From: Leptospira sp.
GTDB taxonomy: Bacteria > Spirochaetota > Leptospiria > Leptospirales > Leptospiraceae
Assembly: GCA_034439575.1 (NCBI GenBank)
Contig: JAWXAQ010000029.1
Span: 1-64,000 of the forward strand
Direction of reading: 5' to 3'
DNA length: 64,000 nucleotides
The position numbers and the translations under genes were made by a program. The notes beneath the pieces are model-generated. The model did not search any database. It had not been told where the DNA came from and was given only the letters and a program-made list of their open reading frames with translations. Shown here one piece after another: positions 9,257-21,497 of this stretch. The first letter of the stretch is position 1. Each line of letters starts with the position of its first letter.

Positions 9257-11140
9257 ATGTCTTTATACCCCTTTCTAGATAGGATTAATACTCCCGAAGA
9301 TTTACGAAAATTTCAAGAAACAGAACTCCCTGCGGTCTGCAAAGACTTACGGGAGTTTATCATCGACACTCTCGCTGATGTCGGTGGACACTTTGCGAGT
9401 AACCTAGGTGTCATTGAACTCACTGTTGCCCTTCACTACATTTTAAATACTCCCGTTGACAGATTGATCTGGGATGTGGGGCATCAAACTTACCCGCATA
9501 AGATTCTTACCGGTAGGAAATCTCAGCTAACCAGTGTAAGAAAGTGGGGTGGCCTATCAGGTTTTCCAAAACGAGAAGAGTCTCCTTATGATCTTTACAA
9601 TACGGGACATGCTGGCACGTCCATCTCGCAAGCCTTAGGTGAAGCATGTGCCAGAGATCTAATTGGTTTAAATCACAAAGTGGTCGCGGTGATCGGTGAT
9701 GCCTCTATCGCCACAGGTATGGCCTTAGAAGCTATGAATCATGGAGGTCACATCAAACCAGATATGCTTGTCATTTTGAATGACAACTATATGTCTATCT
9801 CCAAAAACGTAGGCTCCATTTCCAATTATCTAAACAATATAATTTCCTCACAAATTTACAATAAATGGAAATCCGTATTTTATAATTTTTTAAAGTGGAT
9901 TCCACTCGTTGGGCCTGCCTTAGAAAGTATTGCACATAACATGGAATCATCGATGAAACATTTTATGTTGAGACCAGGTGGTTTGTTTGAAGATTTTGGA
10001 TTTACCTATTTCGGACCTATTGATGGCCATGATGTCAACCGTGTCGTACAATTATTGCGCAATGTCAGTAAAATCAAAGGACCAGTTTTACTTCACGTAT
10101 TGACACAAAAAGGCAAAGGATATAAACCCGCCGAAGCTGATCCGATTAAATATCACGGAGTCACACCATTTAACAAAGAAGATGGGAAGATGGCGAGTGC
10201 TGATGCAAATAAAATTGGTCTATCTAAAATTGTAGGAAAAACACTTTCTATACTTACAGAAAAGTATCCCAATATCGCGGTCATTACCCCAGCCATGATC
10301 GAAGGCTCTGGACTTCGCGAATTTCAAGAAAAATATCCAAAAAATACTTTTGATGCAGGCATCGCCGAACAGCACGCAGTTGCCTTTGCAGGTGCCATGA
10401 CAAATGGTGGCGCGATTCCATTTATGTGTATCTATTCTACTTTTTTGACGCGTGGGCTTGACCAATTGGTAGAAGACGTTTCGCTTATGAATCTGCCTGT
10501 CCGCTTTGTGATCGATCGTGCGGGAATTGTGGGACCTGATGGAGAAACACACCAAGGTTTATCGGATCTTGGGTATCTTGCAGGATTACCAAATATGGAT
10601 ATCATAGTTCCGAGTTCAGCACAAGACATCATTGATTCACTCACCTTTATGACAAGCTATGATGATGCTCCCATCGCCATACGATTTCCAAAAGACAATG
10701 GAGATCTAAGGGAACTTAAGTTTGAATCTCCGACACAGATAAAAAAAGGGGAAACTAGAGTTCTTTCCAAGGGAAAGGATATCCTTTTGATCTCGGTCGG
10801 ATTTATGTTGCCGATTGCCAAAGAAATCAAAACGATTCTAGAAAAAGATGGCCTGCAAGTCGGTATCATCGACATTTTTTGGTTAAGACCTTTTGATAAA
10901 AAAACAATAGAATCTATGTTAGCTGAAGTAACCAAATTCGCAATTTTGGATGAAAGTTATGTTCATGCGGGCGCATCGGGATTCCTTTTGAATGAAATCA
11001 ATCCAAAGTATCTTTCTAAATTTACGAAAACATTCGCCCTCCCACCTGAACCAATTCATCACGGAGAACGTTCTCAAATTTTGGAACACTATTTACTCGA
11101 TGCTAAATCGATAGCAAAGACAATAAAAAGTCAGTTTTAA
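9257..11140 (+). CDS. dxs: 1-deoxy-D-xylulose-5-phosphate synthase
   Basis: WDVGHQTYPHKILTGR, GHAGTSIS, GIAEQHAV, DRAGIVGPDGETHQG. Confidence 0.98.
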   Translation: MSLYPFLDRINTPEDLRKFQETELPAVCKDLREFIIDTLADVGGHFASNLGVIELTVALHYILNTPVDRLIWDVGHQTYPHKILTGRKSQLTSVRKWGGLSGFPKREESPYDLYNTGHAGTSISQALGEACARDLIGLNHKVVAVIGDASIATGMALEAMNHGGHIKPDMLVILNDNYMSISKNVGSISNYLNNIISSQIYNKWKSVFYNFLKWIPLVGPALESIAHNMESSMKHFMLRPGGLFEDFGFTYFGPIDGHDVNRVVQLLRNVSKIKGPVLLHVLTQKGKGYKPAEADPIKYHGVTPFNKEDGKMASADANKIGLSKIVGKTLSILTEKYPNIAVITPAMIEGSGLREFQEKYPKNTFDAGIAEQHAVAFAGAMTNGGAIPFMCIYSTFLTRGLDQLVEDVSLMNLPVRFVIDRAGIVGPDGETHQGLSDLGYLAGLPNMDIIVPSSAQDIIDSLTFMTSYDDAPIAIRFPKDNGDLRELKFESPTQIKKGETRVLSKGKDILLISVGFMLPIAKEIKTILEKDGLQVGIIDIFWLRPFDKKTIESMLAEVTKFAILDESYVHAGASGFLLNEINPKYLSKFTKTFALPPEPIHHGERSQILEHYLLDAKSIAKTIKSQF

Positions 11141-11202
11141 AAATTAGTTTTCAAGTAGATTTTTATGTCTTCCGAAAATGAAAGAAAACAACGAGGATCT
11201 CT

Positions 11203-11694
11203 TTGTCTTCAAACGCTTTTATTTCTCAATTAGAACTTGCAAAACAATTTTTTAGAACAGGCGATTTAGATCGCGCTGAGTTTCATACTCGTTCTTTTCT
11301 CGAAAGAGATGAACATGAAGAAGGTTATTTTTATCTAGGCTTAATACAAAATTCGCAAGGCAAATGGGATGAAGCTCTTTCTTCATATTATAAGGCTGTC
11401 ACACTCAATCACGATTATGGCAATCCTTGCAATGAAATTGGTGTCGTTTTGCTTCGTATGGGAAAAGATAAAGAAGCTGTGTACTGGTTAAAAAAATCGG
11501 TAAGATGTGAACAAAACGATGCGCCTCACATTTCCTATTTTAATTTAGCAACTCTATATAAATTATGGAACCGACCAGAAAGATCTTTGCAATATTTACA
11601 CAAGGCTATGGAATTAAAAAGAGATTTTCCTGAGGCATGGAAAATGTGGGAAGATATCCAAGCAGACTCAAATCCTTCGGCTAACTCAAATTAA
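11203..11694 (+). CDS. Tetratricopeptide repeat protein
   Basis: TPR units (YFYLGLIQ..GKWDEAL, YFNLATLY). TTG start after GAGGA. Confidence 0.8.
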   Translation: MSSNAFISQLELAKQFFRTGDLDRAEFHTRSFLERDEHEEGYFYLGLIQNSQGKWDEALSSYYKAVTLNHDYGNPCNEIGVVLLRMGKDKEAVYWLKKSVRCEQNDAPHISYFNLATLYKLWNRPERSLQYLHKAMELKRDFPEAWKMWEDIQADSNPSANSN

Positions 11695-11714
11695 GTTTAT
11701 TTGATTAAGTAAAA

Positions 11715-12209
11715 TCAATCAAAAGAAATCGGAACGGGAACTGATACCGCTTCCAAATAAATAGGAAGTTCCATATAAATGTCATCTATCTTCAGATAGG
11801 TGGCATCTCCTTCCTCCTCCAAATACTCTCCTAAATCACCAGCCGCATTCCAATTAAATCTATATTTAATCAATGGACTTTCACTATGAATTCCTATGAG
11901 TTCTCCTTTTGGTGTTTGGTAGATTTCAAAATCAGGAAACTCAAAAGTTTTTAAATCATCACAATGAAAAAAGATAGATCCATCTTTTGTTTCAATGCCT
12001 AGTACATGACAGGGATATCCGATCACATTGACAAATCCATGTTCACTCAATTCACCGAAGACATTTTGAATATAAATACCAGTTTGAGTTTGTTTTAAAT
12101 TTTGTCGGAAATAAGCTAAAATCTCATTTTGCGTGATTTCATTTTCTCTAAAGATCCACCTGTCTAAATCATCCACTTCAATTTCAGAATTAAATTTTCT
12201 AGGTGCCAT
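11715..12209 (-). CDS. Hypothetical protein (DUF1285-like N-terminus)
   Basis: 164 aa ORF coupled to the upstream lipoprotein gene. EVDDLDRWIFRENEIT resembles the DUF1285 start. Confidence 0.55.
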   Translation of the reverse strand: MAPRKFNSEIEVDDLDRWIFRENEITQNEILAYFRQNLKQTQTGIYIQNVFGELSEHGFVNVIGYPCHVLGIETKDGSIFFHCDDLKTFEFPDFEIYQTPKGELIGIHSESPLIKYRFNWNAAGDLGEYLEEEGDATYLKIDDIYMELPIYLEAVSVPVPISFD

Positions 12210-12212
12210 AGT

Positions 12213-12617
12213 TTATTTATATCGGAAAGCAAAACCCTTCCAAATGGGAAGGTTACTTTCATCTTTATATGAGGAAGTGGTATGTCCTCGATTGTCCATA
12301 GTTTCTAAAGAAAACCCATCTACTTTTTGGTTTTTCTTTTCGATCATCCAAACTCCATCCATCTTTCGTTCCCACATCTCTTTTTTGAGAGAGTTTGTGA
12401 GTTCGCTCCAGGATTGTTCGCCCTGGTTTCGAATGATGATTTCGCCCATAATTTGAAAGGGTTTTGGCGGTCTTGCTCGAAATACTTCCACTTCTTCCCA
12501 AGATGTTTTTTTATAATTCGAATGATAGGAAGTATATTCAGGTTCGGGAATGAATTCAACCGTTGAACATCCAAATAGTAAGAGAAGTAAGGCAGTTTGC
12601 TTAAATTTAAGAATCAT
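12213..12617 (-). CDS. Lipoprotein
   Basis: Signal peptide with lipobox LLFGC. Confidence 0.7.
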   Translation of the reverse strand: MILKFKQTALLLLLFGCSTVEFIPEPEYTSYHSNYKKTSWEEVEVFRARPPKPFQIMGEIIIRNQGEQSWSELTNSLKKEMWERKMDGVWMIEKKNQKVDGFSLETMDNRGHTTSSYKDESNLPIWKGFAFRYK

Positions 12618-12704
12618 TTATATTCCTTAGACAAAAATATGCTATACATTGGGCCGAAAGGCTTAGGATGATCCCATACAAAGAAGAACAGGCATTCTCC
12701 ATTC

Positions 12705-13391
12705 ATGGAAGAAACAGATATAGGAAAAAGAAAGCGGGAAAACGTACTAAAGATTGGTTATTCAACTTTAGACGAAATCGAAGATAAGGTAAAGGCTTTC
12801 CGCGTAATGAACCAAAACGCGGTAAAAAAGCGATACCTACTTACCAGAGATCCCATCATGGATAGCCAAGGGAAAGTTATTGTACCTAAGGCTCAAGAGA
12901 TAGACGTTTCTGCTGCTAAATTACTACGCCGCCATTTTAAAGGCGGAGATATGTTCAAGGTCTTCCAGCCCGATGAAGGGATTGTGATCATCTCCGATAT
13001 GTCCACTATGGAAGGGGTCTCCTTTTCTATGGATATCGTGACTCAGATTATGAACTTAGGTGGTGGTGCCTACGAAGGCTTCATTGACCGAGTTGATAGT
13101 TTTGAAGAATTTATAGTCCTGCTTAAGAAAAACCTTTTTCCTCGGATGATCATTGTCGGTTTTTTGCCGAAAGAAAAAATACAAACCGAAATCATAAACT
13201 TTGTCAAAGTGAAACGCTTGGATAATTATTTGCGCGCTATAGAATTAACTCACAGTGTTTTTAAACCCCAAGCTTACTTTCCTAAAATCAAACAGGTAAA
13301 CATTTCCCAAGAAGATCCAAAATCTTGGGGAAGGTTTGTAGTTGAGATCGTACGCGAATACATACGACCTTACTTTGTAGAAGAAATTTAG
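12705..13391 (+). CDS. Hypothetical protein with degenerate receiver-like domain
   Basis: 228 aa ORF. IVIISD...[23 protein letters not shown] follows the receiver beta1-beta3 pattern without the phospho-Asp. Confidence 0.6.
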   Translation: MEETDIGKRKRENVLKIGYSTLDEIEDKVKAFRVMNQNAVKKRYLLTRDPIMDSQGKVIVPKAQEIDVSAAKLLRRHFKGGDMFKVFQPDEGIVIISDMSTMEGVSFSMDIVTQIMNLGGGAYEGFIDRVDSFEEFIVLLKKNLFPRMIIVGFLPKEKIQTEIINFVKVKRLDNYLRAIELTHSVFKPQAYFPKIKQVNISQEDPKSWGRFVVEIVREYIRPYFVEEI

Positions 13392-13409
13392 TTTTCAGCC
13401 AAACAACGA

Positions 13410-15950
13410 TTAAACTTCGTAAAATTGTAAATTTTCAAACAATTCTTTAGGAAGTTGTCCCGAGGCATCCATATACTTTTTGTATTTATTCTCAAATTCT
13501 TTATGTTGTCTGCCACGTACGTTTTTGAAGCGGTTGTGCAATTCGGAAAATGCGGGCTGTCCCGAAACTTTTTCACGGATCGCTTTTTGAAACGGAATGT
13601 GACGATAAAAGATGGATCGAACGACTCGATTAACCCTTTGCACCCCTTCTGATTCATATTTTAACCACAAACTGTAGTCATACGCAAATTTATCTCTGTC
13701 AGTTCTAAACCTTTTAAACTCAGATGAAATCTTTTCTTTGAGTTCTGGGGATAGGTCCTTACTTTTTTTATAAAACTGCACATAATCTGTGTAATCTGCT
13801 GTGATAGATGGAATCCCCACATTGTTCCAATCAGGACCTAGGATATTTTTACAAAGTTCCCAACGATAGGCGGCGATGGCTTCCATTAAAAAAGTTTTCA
13901 CATCACCGAGAACAAAGTGCGGGATGGTGATTCGACCGCGGGATTCTTTCGATCCACTGCCTCTAAATACAGAAAGGTCTTGCCACATCATCACTTTGGG
14001 ACCTATGGAAGGTACAATTATAAAATCAGGTATAATCGATTTTTGGACAAATTCACTTTTGATACCAATTTCTTCATTTCGATACAAAATTTCTCGATTG
14101 AAAGCAGTGTAATCAATGTTAAGTATTTCCTGAATAGCTTTGTCGATGTGTGCTTTTGTTACATAACACTTGTCAAGTGGTAAAGTGATATGATATTTTG
14201 TAAGAATCGGAAAGTGACTGGAAACATTGCCGGATGTTAATCGAACATTTGGTTCATACATCGCGTTCAATTCGTATTGTAATCTAGCTTCTCCCGTATC
14301 GTACTCTGGTGGAATGTCTTTGTCAGATTTGATTCCTGAATCCTTAAGATCCAATTTCAATTTTTCAAAAAAGGTTTGCCCAAGTTCGTCAACGGACGTC
14401 GGCACTTCTCGACCATAAACCTTTTCTAACCAATCGGTTCCTAAATGAACGGGAACATTGCCATTGTATCTTGGTTGTTCCATACGACCACGTAGCTCTA
14501 ATAAATGCCCTTCATCCAATAATGATTCATCAAAGTATCCGTAACGAAGCATCATCTCAACCGAAGTAGGGCCTTTTTTACCTTCTTTGATCCAGCGAGT
14601 GAAGGCTCTTTTATAAACATCCCAATACGTTTTGGCAATGGTTCTGCGGATCTTTCTGTTGTCAGGATCTGGATCCAGTGGGTTTTTAAAAGATTTCAAT
14701 TTCACCATAAGTGTTGAAAATTCTTTTACAGCTTCTGGATCAGCTTGGGAATAATTTAATATTTGTGAGGCGGAATTTAATAATTCTGTTTTTAAACTAT
14801 TTAAATCTATACCCGCAGTGACAGAGTCATCTCCAGAAGATGCTTTTCTGTCATCGCTCGCCTTTTTGGAATCCAGTTCATGAGAGTACTTAGCAGTTAA
14901 TTCTTTTTGTTTTTTCTCTAAGCTTTCTAAACTAGTCAATCCACCAGTATAAGGTGTTCCAAAAATTTGATTGAAGTCGCTTAAGTGCGATTGGCACTTT
15001 TTTTGTGCCCAATCTGAAATCGGAAGTAAAATGGTGGATGGTATTGTCGAATATCCAGTCGCAAATAAATCCAATGTAAGATTTATTTTTTCGAGTAGAG
15101 ACTGATCTCCACTAAATAGCCCGCTAAGTGATTCTGTAAGTAAATTAACTTCTCTTTCTAAAATATCAAATAACTCGCGATACGTGGTAACATAACTTTC
15201 AGCGGCACTCTGTAATAGACTCGGATCTGCTTCAAATAAGGCCTGTGATATCTTTGGATTCACGGCTAGTATTTTTCGAATGAAATGAAATTCACCATCA
15301 CGCCATTCAACCGTTTCTGCATATTCCTTTTGAAAAAATTCTCCGTGGTCTTCTTCTAGAAATGTTACGGAAGGTGATTCTGGTAAAATGCCTCCTTGCT
15401 CATAAAAGCCTGCAAGGTTATTTCTTATTGATTTCATCACTGGATCGATAATATTTTCATCCCGAGTTATTGGCCCACCAGGTGTTAAGTCTGGAAATAT
15501 GGCAGGATTTAATATGAAATAGGCGGCACCTAAATTATCTGTGGTTTTTTCCACTTTGGCAATGAGAGACCTAATCGAAATTATGCGCTTATATAACTCG
15601 CTGATTTCTTTTAGCATGGTGCGAACTGCCATCACACCCACTGATACTTTTTGGGTGAGTGTTTTTTTCGCATTTGTTTGATTCATCGCATATGTTGATA
15701 CAATGCAGGATGATTTTGCACGAATCGTAAATGGATAAGGGCTACCCTCTAACAAAGCAAAGATGCCTGGTGTGAGATTCGCACCTTCCAAAGAATACAA
15801 TGCGAAGGAAATATCGCCCATTGTTACATCAACGCGAACGGAACCTTCGTGAATGATGTTTAGGGACATAGATGGCTTACCGGCGATGAAGAGAACTTCA
15901 CCTGGATTGACTGGGATCTTCTGGTTATTTTTACTGGTATCTATAGGCAT
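13410..15950 (-). CDS. Large protein with N-terminal cyclic-nucleotide-binding-like domain
   Basis: [24 protein letters not shown]...[12 protein letters not shown] matches the CNB beta-roll. The remaining ~700 aa were not recognised. Confidence 0.75.
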   Translation of the reverse strand: MPIDTSKNNQKIPVNPGEVLFIAGKPSMSLNIIHEGSVRVDVTMGDISFALYSLEGANLTPGIFALLEGSPYPFTIRAKSSCIVSTYAMNQTNAKKTLTQKVSVGVMAVRTMLKEISELYKRIISIRSLIAKVEKTTDNLGAAYFILNPAIFPDLTPGGPITRDENIIDPVMKSIRNNLAGFYEQGGILPESPSVTFLEEDHGEFFQKEYAETVEWRDGEFHFIRKILAVNPKISQALFEADPSLLQSAAESYVTTYRELFDILEREVNLLTESLSGLFSGDQSLLEKINLTLDLFATGYSTIPSTILLPISDWAQKKCQSHLSDFNQIFGTPYTGGLTSLESLEKKQKELTAKYSHELDSKKASDDRKASSGDDSVTAGIDLNSLKTELLNSASQILNYSQADPEAVKEFSTLMVKLKSFKNPLDPDPDNRKIRRTIAKTYWDVYKRAFTRWIKEGKKGPTSVEMMLRYGYFDESLLDEGHLLELRGRMEQPRYNGNVPVHLGTDWLEKVYGREVPTSVDELGQTFFEKLKLDLKDSGIKSDKDIPPEYDTGEARLQYELNAMYEPNVRLTSGNVSSHFPILTKYHITLPLDKCYVTKAHIDKAIQEILNIDYTAFNREILYRNEEIGIKSEFVQKSIIPDFIIVPSIGPKVMMWQDLSVFRGSGSKESRGRITIPHFVLGDVKTFLMEAIAAYRWELCKNILGPDWNNVGIPSITADYTDYVQFYKKSKDLSPELKEKISSEFKRFRTDRDKFAYDYSLWLKYESEGVQRVNRVVRSIFYRHIPFQKAIREKVSGQPAFSELHNRFKNVRGRQHKEFENKYKKYMDASGQLPKELFENLQFYEV

Positions 15951-16037
15951 GTGTGGATAATTGAATAGAACGTATCGTTCCTACAAAAACTACGAATCTT
16001 TCTCCAAATTGCAAAAAACTTTTTAGAAAAATACAGA

Positions 16038-17321
16038 ATGTTGAACACAAATATATCCTTTTCTCAAAAACATCAAATCTTAGTCCCAGGAGATAAATCA
16101 ATCTCTCATCGGTCCGTGCTTTTTAGTACTCTAGCCCAAGGAAAATCCGAAATTCACGGGTTTTTAGAAGGCGAAGACCCTAAAAACACAATGAAATGTT
16201 TTTCGGCACTCGGAGTTAAATTTGAAGCAAAGGGCAAAGGTCATTATGTTGTTGAAAGCCCTGGTAAAAAAGGGCTAAAAAGTCCGAACGCAGAGCTTGA
16301 TTTTGGAAATGCGGGCACTGGGATTCGATTGTCGGCAGGACTTATTTGTGGTCTGCCAGGGATTGAGGCCACTCTGACTGGTGATGATTCTCTTCGTAAA
16401 CGTCCAATGGCTCGCATCATAGATCCTTTATCGGCAATGGGTGCAGATATTAGTTCCCTCACGGGAGACGGGAAAGCTCCCTTACAAATCAAAGGCAAAC
16501 AATTAAAAGATTATACGTATGTAAGTCCGATTGCCTCGGCACAAATTAAAAGTGCACTTGTGCTTGCTGCACTTTCCTCAGATATTGCTATCGATTATTC
16601 AGAAAATGAGTTATCAAGAGATCATACAGAAAACATGATACGTTTTTTGGGTGGTAACCTTAATCAAATTTCACCCTTACATTTTAAATTAAGTCCACCT
16701 TATCACTTTGAAGGTAAAATTTTTAAAGTTCCAGGTGATCTATCGAGTGCTTCTTTTTTTATTGTGCTCGGGCTTTGTGGAAAAGGGGAACCGACCATCA
16801 TTCAAAATGTTGGTTTGAATCCATCGCGTATTGGCATTCTCACCGTCTTACAACGAATGGGTGGAAAAATTGAAATTTCAAATCCTCGTAAAGAATGTGG
16901 TGAAGACATTGGCGATTTAGTCGTATTTCCTTCGAAACTTCAAAAAATCGATATTGAAGAAGCATTAATTCCTTCTATAATTGATGAAATTCCCATTTTA
17001 GCCATAGCTGGCCTTTTTTCTGAAGGTGGATTTTGTATTCGTCATGCGAAAGAACTACGTGCCAAGGAATCAGACCGTATCACTTCCATGATTGTCAATT
17101 TACAGAGGTTAGGTGTCAGTGTAAAAGAATTTGATGATGGATATGAATTTGGGGAAGTCTCAAAAATCAATCCAACAAAAATTGAAACTTATATGGATCA
17201 CCGCATTGCCATGAGTTTTGCAATTTTGGCTAAGCTAACGGATGTAAATCTGGAGATAGATGATGTAAGCTGGGTTGATACATCCTTCCCAGGATTTTTT
17301 GAATTATTAAAATCTTTTTAA
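16038..17321 (+). CDS. aroA: 3-phosphoshikimate 1-carboxyvinyltransferase (EPSP synthase)
   Basis: [41 protein letters not shown]. Confidence 0.98.
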   Translation: MLNTNISFSQKHQILVPGDKSISHRSVLFSTLAQGKSEIHGFLEGEDPKNTMKCFSALGVKFEAKGKGHYVVESPGKKGLKSPNAELDFGNAGTGIRLSAGLICGLPGIEATLTGDDSLRKRPMARIIDPLSAMGADISSLTGDGKAPLQIKGKQLKDYTYVSPIASAQIKSALVLAALSSDIAIDYSENELSRDHTENMIRFLGGNLNQISPLHFKLSPPYHFEGKIFKVPGDLSSASFFIVLGLCGKGEPTIIQNVGLNPSRIGILTVLQRMGGKIEISNPRKECGEDIGDLVVFPSKLQKIDIEEALIPSIIDEIPILAIAGLFSEGGFCIRHAKELRAKESDRITSMIVNLQRLGVSVKEFDDGYEFGEVSKINPTKIETYMDHRIAMSFAILAKLTDVNLEIDDVSWVDTSFPGFFELLKSF

Positions 17322-17375
17322 ATTTTTTTTGGGAATCAGAAAAAACTTTTTTAACATATTTAGTGGGAGAAGGTT

Positions 17376-18122
17376 ATGAGCGAAGGCAAACAAGTGATCG
17401 CCATTGATGGTCCAGCAGGATCTGGAAAGAGTACGATTGCAAGACTACTCGCAAGTAAAATCGGATTTTTATATCTTGACTCGGGTGCCTTTTATCGGGG
17501 ACTAACGCTTGCTTTGTGGGAAGTTTATTCCAAAAAAAATGACGATCCCGAAAAATTTTCCTTTTTTGCAGAATCCCTAGCAGATGCGGCTTTGTTAGAA
17601 AAAGAAAAATCATCCTTTGGATTTTCCTTAACTGAAATACCATTGCACTGCGAATTGTCCCCACACGGTACAAATCAGATATTTTTAGCGAATAGGGATA
17701 TAACTGATGACATTCGCACCCTTGAGATCACTAAATTGATCCGTTATATCGCACCTCATCGAGCCTTCCGAGAGTATGTGAATGCAAAGATACGAGATTT
17801 TGCAAAAAATCACAACTTAGTGATGGATGGACGTGATATTGGCACGGATGTTTTTCCAAAAACTAAGTACAAATTCTTTTTAACCGCAAGTGCCGATGTA
17901 CGAGCAAATAGAAGGCATGCAGAACTCTTGGGCAAAGGGATAAAAACTGATCTCAGTCACCTAAAAGAGGAGATCATTGCCCGAGATATGTCAGATGAAA
18001 CAAGAACTGTTGCTCCTCTCCGTCAGGCTTCCGACGCAATACTCATTGACACCTCAGAGTCAGACACGGAAACTGTCCTAAATACTATCCTGTCTAGGCT
18101 AAACCTGCCTAAACAAATCTAA
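17376..18122 (+). CDS. cmk: Cytidylate kinase
   Basis: IAIDGPAGSGKST, DSGAFYR, VMDGRDIGT. Confidence 0.96.
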   Translation: MSEGKQVIAIDGPAGSGKSTIARLLASKIGFLYLDSGAFYRGLTLALWEVYSKKNDDPEKFSFFAESLADAALLEKEKSSFGFSLTEIPLHCELSPHGTNQIFLANRDITDDIRTLEITKLIRYIAPHRAFREYVNAKIRDFAKNHNLVMDGRDIGTDVFPKTKYKFFLTASADVRANRRHAELLGKGIKTDLSHLKEEIIARDMSDETRTVAPLRQASDAILIDTSESDTETVLNTILSRLNLPKQI

Positions 18123-18142
18123 GTTTTGTATCCCGGTAACCA

Positions 18143-19843
18143 TTGAATTCAACCAGCCCCTCTTCCTCCCCCAAAAACGAGACCACTTCTTCCTTCGGAG
18201 AACTTTTAGAAAAGTGGGAATCTCAAACGCAAGAACAAGATAATTCCGGCAGTAAAGGACTGCTCATTGACGGCACTGTTGTAGACGTAATCGGGGACAC
18301 TGTGTTTCTCGATATCGGTGAAAAACTAGAAGCTCGTGTTCCTAGAGAAGATTTCTCTGAAACGCCAAAACGCGGGGAAAGAGTGAGTGCGATCCTGAAA
18401 AGGAGAGTTGATGGTTATTGCGTGCTTTCAAAAAAGGAAGCGGACCAGCGAGTTGGTTGGGAAACGATTAAGGATGCATCTGTAAATGGATACCCCCTTT
18501 CCGGAAAAATTGTTAGCGAAGTCAAAAACAAAGGATACTTAGTTGAAAGCGAAGGCATCCAACTATTTTTACCTGCTTCCCATGTAGGTGTGCGCTTCAA
18601 AGAAGCCACTGAATCTGGCAAAGAATTCCAATTCAAAATCATTGAACTAAATGAAAAAACAAAAACGGGTGTAGTTTCCCGTAAAACACTTCTCGAAGAA
18701 ATCAACGGCGAGAAGTGGGAAGAACTTCTACAAAAGGTAAAAGTAGGGGACAAAGTCCAAGGCAAGGTCGTAAAGATTGCCAATTTTGGTGTGTTCCTTT
18801 CTGTGCACGAAGTTGTAGGACTCCTTCGCCAAAACGATATTTCTTATAAAAAATTTGCTCCTTTCAAACAATACTTTCAAATCGGCGCTGAAGTTGAAGT
18901 GAATGTTTTAGAAATTGATAAGGACAATAACAAACTTTCTCTAGGAATCAAACAACTGTATGAAGATCCATGGGGTTGGGCGAAAAAAGAATTAGAGAAA
19001 GGAATGGTTGTTCGTGGGATTGTCACCTCACTGACTAACTTCGGTGCCTTCGTAGAACTCAAAGAAGGTTTGGAAGGACTCATCCATACAACTGAATTAT
19101 CTTGGGCAAAAAAACCACCACATCCGAAAGATGTATTGAAAAAAGGCCAAGAAGTTGACTCTGAAATTCTTGATATCGATTTTGAAGCAAGAAGACTTTC
19201 ACTCGGATTAAAACAATTATTGCCAAATCCATGGGAAGCTCTCTCTTCTAATGTTCGTGCTGGCAATGAACTTGAAGGAAAGATCACTGGTATTACAAAA
19301 TACGGTGCTTTCGTTGAAGTAGAAAGCGGCATTGAAGGTTTGATTCACATATCAGACATTACATGGGATGAAAAAGAAAAAAATCCTCTTTCTCTTCTCA
19401 AAAAAGGCCAAGCAATCAAATACAAAATCTTAGATGTGAACTTAGATGCTCAGCGTATTAGTTGTGGTCTGAAACAACTCCAAGAACATCCTTATGAAGC
19501 ACTTCGTAAAAAATACCCACCAGGTACTTTAGTCGAAGGTCGAGTCAAATCAATCGTCAGCTTTGGTGTGTTTGTCGAAGTAGAGCCTGGTTTTGAAGGT
19601 CTAGTTCACATCTCGGAAATTCCTGATGGCAGAAATATTAAACTCGATGAGCTTTATAAAGTAGGGGAACAAGTTAGAACGGTTGTTGTTAAAATCGAAC
19701 CAAATAACAAAAAAATCTCCCTATCTATCAAAGACTTTGATAAGGCTGTAGAAAGAGAAGAAATGGCGAAATACATGAAGGAAGATAACCAACCTTCTCG
19801 TGAATCGATCGGCTCTTTTATGAATCTAAATAACAACCGTTAA
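18143..19843 (+). CDS. rpsA: 30S ribosomal protein S1
   Basis: Repeated S1 domains (FGAFVEL..GLEGLIH). Follows cmk. TTG start. Confidence 0.96.
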   Translation: MNSTSPSSSPKNETTSSFGELLEKWESQTQEQDNSGSKGLLIDGTVVDVIGDTVFLDIGEKLEARVPREDFSETPKRGERVSAILKRRVDGYCVLSKKEADQRVGWETIKDASVNGYPLSGKIVSEVKNKGYLVESEGIQLFLPASHVGVRFKEATESGKEFQFKIIELNEKTKTGVVSRKTLLEEINGEKWEELLQKVKVGDKVQGKVVKIANFGVFLSVHEVVGLLRQNDISYKKFAPFKQYFQIGAEVEVNVLEIDKDNNKLSLGIKQLYEDPWGWAKKELEKGMVVRGIVTSLTNFGAFVELKEGLEGLIHTTELSWAKKPPHPKDVLKKGQEVDSEILDIDFEARRLSLGLKQLLPNPWEALSSNVRAGNELEGKITGITKYGAFVEVESGIEGLIHISDITWDEKEKNPLSLLKKGQAIKYKILDVNLDAQRISCGLKQLQEHPYEALRKKYPPGTLVEGRVKSIVSFGVFVEVEPGFEGLVHISEIPDGRNIKLDELYKVGEQVRTVVVKIEPNNKKISLSIKDFDKAVEREEMAKYMKEDNQPSRESIGSFMNLNNNR

Positions 19844-19848
19844 TCCCC

Positions 19849-20604
19849 ATGGATAAGTTTGTTAAAAAGAATATCATAGATAAAAAACGTGAAGAAGAAT
19901 TGCGAGCTCATCAAGATGAGTTCGCAGATTTTCAAGGAAGCACTGCGGAACTTTATTTTTTAAAGTTCACGCATTTCCTGGCTCGTAACAGAAAAAATGT
20001 ATTTTTAATTCTTGGAACAATTGTTATCGTTTTGGTTTCGGTCATTGGTTATTTTGAATACCAAGACCATAGATTCCAAAAAGAGACAGTTCTCCTTGAA
20101 GACATTATCTCAAAACATAAAAAAACAAATGCTCCTATCGATACACAAATCGCAGACTTGGAGTCTTTTTTAAACTCAAACAATTCTGGAAATATGGATC
20201 TTAGAGTATGGAAAGATCTTTCTAGGTTGTATGCAGAGAAGGGCAATTGGGAAAAGTCTGCTGATTATCTAGAAAAAGCTGGCAAAAAAATTGATACACC
20301 TAAAGAAATGAAGGCGTATTACTTCTATTTGGCGGGAAATTATAGAGACAATCAAGCTGATTCCAAAAAAGCATTAGAAAATTATAAAATTGCATCTACA
20401 CTTCTAGATAATAATTCAGAAGTGAAATCTTTTAAGGCATGGGCATTTTACCATACAGGTAGATTACAATTAGAAACGGGCGACAAACCTGGTGCTAAGT
20501 TATCTTTAGAAAAAGTTTTAAAGATTGATGCGAGCGAATCTGACAATTTAGAAGAAGTGAAACTTCTTACCACCTACCTCCTTTTAAAACTCGGGAAGTC
20601 GTAA
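19849..20604 (+). CDS. Membrane-anchored TPR protein (YfgM-like)
   Basis: Single TM near the N-terminus followed by TPR helices. Confidence 0.7.
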   Translation: MDKFVKKNIIDKKREEELRAHQDEFADFQGSTAELYFLKFTHFLARNRKNVFLILGTIVIVLVSVIGYFEYQDHRFQKETVLLEDIISKHKKTNAPIDTQIADLESFLNSNNSGNMDLRVWKDLSRLYAEKGNWEKSADYLEKAGKKIDTPKEMKAYYFYLAGNYRDNQADSKKALENYKIASTLLDNNSEVKSFKAWAFYHTGRLQLETGDKPGAKLSLEKVLKIDASESDNLEEVKLLTTYLLLKLGKS

Positions 20605-20608
20605 GCCT

Positions 20609-21223
20609 ATGCTGACGCTTGCGCTTCCTAAGGGAAGACTGGCTATGGAGAGTGCAGAAATTCTCCAAAAAAAAAATTGGCTAAACGCATTACCCCCTGA
20701 AGATTCTAAAGAATTGACCTTCATATCTGATGACAAACGAGTTCGTTTGTTATTTGTTCGTTCTCAAGATGTATGTACTTATGTCGAAGAAGGAGCGGCT
20801 GACGCAGGTATTGTGGGATGGGACATAATAAAAGAAGGTAAGTTTGATTTAATCACACCGATTGACTTAAAAATAGGTGGATGTCGTCTTTCTCTTGCTA
20901 GTTTTTCTGATTTTGATCTTTATGCGAAGAGATCCAAGGTCAGAGTGGCTACAAAATACCCAGAATTGACCAAAGAATATTTTTTTTCCAAAGGCATATC
21001 CTGCGAAGTGATTAAATTGTACGGATCCATTGAACTGGCACCCATCGTGGGGCTGTCTGATTGTATCGTTGATTTAGTCTCAACAGGTGGCACTCTCAAA
21101 GCAAATGGTCTAAAAGAGATCGAAGTGATCTTGGAAAGCACTGCTAGATTGATTTGCAACCGATCTTCTTTTTATGCAAAACAAAAAGAACTTGGTACTT
21201 TAATTGAGAGCCTAGAAAATTAA
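20609..21223 (+). CDS. hisG: ATP phosphoribosyltransferase, short form
   Basis: [36 protein letters not shown]. 204 aa, lacks the C-terminal regulatory domain. Confidence 0.96.
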   Translation: MLTLALPKGRLAMESAEILQKKNWLNALPPEDSKELTFISDDKRVRLLFVRSQDVCTYVEEGAADAGIVGWDIIKEGKFDLITPIDLKIGGCRLSLASFSDFDLYAKRSKVRVATKYPELTKEYFFSKGISCEVIKLYGSIELAPIVGLSDCIVDLVSTGGTLKANGLKEIEVILESTARLICNRSSFYAKQKELGTLIESLEN

Positions 21224-21291
21224 ATAGATTGTTTTCAGAATGCAGCGCGAAACGATAGTAAAAATTAGTGAGAATTCCATAGAGGATAGCC

Positions 21292-21492
21292 ATGGCAGTC
21301 CCAAAGCGACGTAAATCCAAATCGAAAGTTAGAACAAAACGAGCGCATCATGCGATCGGGAAACCTAACTTGAACCCTTGTTCTAATTGTGGTTCTTATA
21401 TTCTTTCCCACCGTGTATGCCCTTATTGCGGTTTTTATAAGGGTGCACTCGTTGTTGTACAGAAAGTAAAAAAGACTACTGAAGAAACCTAA
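21292..21492 (+). CDS. rpmF: 50S ribosomal protein L32
   Basis: [11 protein letters not shown] and zinc ribbon CSNC/CPYC. GAGG RBS. Confidence 0.98.
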   Translation: MAVPKRRKSKSKVRTKRAHHAIGKPNLNPCSNCGSYILSHRVCPYCGFYKGALVVVQKVKKTTEET

Positions 21493-21497
21493 CACCT

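Noticed and set aside
16013-17352. AAAAAACTTTTT upstream of both aroA (16013) and cmk (17340)
   Set aside because: Low-complexity A/T sequence with no further shared context.
18143-19843. Internal repeats in rpsA and long antisense ORFs over rpsA, clpC, dxs and other core genes
   Set aside because: S1 domain repeats are normal, and the antisense ORFs are codon-bias shadows with no recognisable motifs.
20667-20676. A10 homopolymer in hisG as a phase-variation tract
   Set aside because: The frame is intact in a housekeeping gene, and poly-A runs are frequent throughout this window.
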